A DNA stretch of 62,720 bases, counting the filler, from Eubacteriales bacterium (GTDB lineage: Bacteria; Bacillota; Clostridia; Oscillospirales; CAG-382): NCBI GenBank assembly GCA_045636665.1. It is 5 parts of 5 records of this genome, joined end to end, with 100 filler letters (N's around TTAATTAATTAA, not from the genome) between each part and the next. Parts side by side here need not be neighbours in the genome. Positions count along the whole stretch, not along the records: positions 57,451 to 62,720 come from JAZTXY010000074.1; 4 more parts are not named here. One strand, given 5' to 3'. The position numbers were made by a program, and so were the translations under genes. Shown one piece after another: positions 61,716-62,720 of the stretch (the stretch's first letter is position 1; every line of letters begins with the position of its first letter). The notes beneath the pieces are model-generated. The model saw nothing but the letters and a program-made list of their open reading frames with translations, searched no databases and was not told where the DNA came from.

Positions 61716-61815
61716 GATTTCTTACACCTCAAGAAATTTACTTTATGAGAAAATTATATAGGTATACGAAAAAATTTACAAGGTATGAAAATACTTTAAG
61801 CAAACTTTAATAAAA

Positions 61816-62157
61816 TCACTTTCGTTTTCGTTGATTAGTCAGCCGCCAGCGGCGATTCCACTCGTCAAGGCGAGCTTGTCTGTCGGAACCCCATTCGACG
61901 AAGTAAGGCGAAATCATGAACTCGAAATAACCCTTACAGCGGGTCTCGTGCACGATGTAATTGCTATACAACCATTGCAGAGCCAAATACAAAGATTTAG
62001 CGTCCATTGAGAGCATTTCGGCAAGATATTTCTTTGTGGTACGGACAAAACCTGTTTGGGGGTGAATATTGAGAGCGAGCCAGAAGAAAACGCGCAAAGT
62101 TGTGGGCGCAGGCGGATTTTTCAGCAGCTGATTGCATTTATCAAGGTTAAAAGTCAT
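61816..62157 (-). CDS. Second RepL-like winged-HTH protein (113 aa)
   Basis: GGAGGAG RBS; LRVFFWL, TKKYLAEML.M...SLY.AL..L HTH, FMISPYF..G wing. Confidence 0.65.
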   Translation of the reverse strand: MTFNLDKCNQLLKNPPAPTTLRVFFWLALNIHPQTGFVRTTKKYLAEMLSMDAKSLYLALQWLYSNYIVHETRCKGYFEFMISPYFVEWGSDRQARLDEWNRRWRLTNQRKRK

Positions 62158-62217
62158 AAAGGACTCCTCCAATCAAAATCTTGTATTTCGGGTAATATTG
62201 CCCGATAATTATAGCGT

Positions 62218-62353
62218 AATTGCATTGATATTGCAACAATTAAGTGTATCACAAATCTTTAAATTGCATACATATTTCAACAATTCATATGTTGCACCTG
62301 CAACGATTTATCATAGCTGATGATAAATCGACTTATCACACGATGATAAATCG
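62218..62353. repeat. Iteron/operator-like repeat cluster
   Basis: AATTGCAT..ATATT.CAACAATT at 62218 and 62262 (21/24 identical); ATGATAAATCG copies at 62304 (inverted), 62320 and 62343. Confidence 0.7.
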
Positions 62354-62720
62354 TTACATTTTGACTAAACGCATTGCCACTAGGCAAAACTGGCTTTTGT
62401 CAACCTTTTTCCTCTTCGTTCTTCGTGGACGGCAGGAACGCGGCGAAAAAGCTACGGCAATGACGGACTAAAACGCGTACGAGCGGCTGTGGCGCGGTGA
62501 TTAGTTGGAGTAGTCGCAATCCTAAATCGCGAGGTGTCCGGGCGAAATTCGTCGCCTGCAACGGGCTAAAAGCTTAACGGCGCAACACGCTCAACGCCGC
62601 AACCGCGACAAGCGCGGGCGTCGTTGGCATATTGCTTGTTAAGCCCGTCACTGCGCTACGCTTGTGCCGCGCCCGTTTCCGGCGACGCTGGGGGCTTTTG
62701 CCCCCCCCCCCACCCCCCCC

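Larger units (their letters stand above)
57451..62720. mobile_element. Small plasmid-like replicon with two RepL-like genes
   Basis: No housekeeping genes; RepL-like ORFs at both ends; hairpin-rich non-coding termini; shared palindromic sites. Confidence 0.7.

Noticed and set aside
57451..62720. Contig 5 as an inovirus or microvirus
   Set aside because: No Zot/pI-like ATPase, no HUH or Rep_trans initiator and no jelly-roll-sized capsid ORF recognisable

Overview
The window is not one continuous locus. It is five assembly contigs (1-23916, 24017-44421, 44522-48973, 49074-57350, 57451-62720) joined by artificial 100-nt N-TTAATTAATTAA-N linkers, so adjacency across linkers is meaningless. Contigs 1-4 are chromosomal DNA of a Bacillota/Clostridia-type anaerobe. 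They carry radA, pflB-pflA under a ZMP/ZTP riboswitch, tRNA-Arg(CCG), tRNA-Lys(UUU), a recX-rimO-pgsA-cysS-mrnC-lexA run, ftsEX-M23-ctpA-greA-lysS, sdpRI, a 6S RNA, a two-component system, asnS, dnaG-rpoD-pheS, many secreted proteins and lipoproteins, and one end of a probable integrated element (DinG fragment, small ORF, large serine recombinase). Contig 3 has an untrimmed MGI/DNBSEQ adapter at its edge. The most interesting part is contig 5, a ~5.3-kb plasmid-like replicon. It has hairpin-rich non-coding ends, two inward-facing RepL-like HTH genes with a shared palindromic site upstream, an operon of four tiny paralogous DUF1659-like/DUF2922-like proteins (A-B-A'-B') coupled to an Rpn/PD-(D/E)XK nuclease with a strong internal RBS+ATG (candidate intragenic antitoxin), and an AT-rich cassette of two small membrane proteins plus a zinc-finger lipoprotein. 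Family calls come from motif recognition by eye; no database searches were run.
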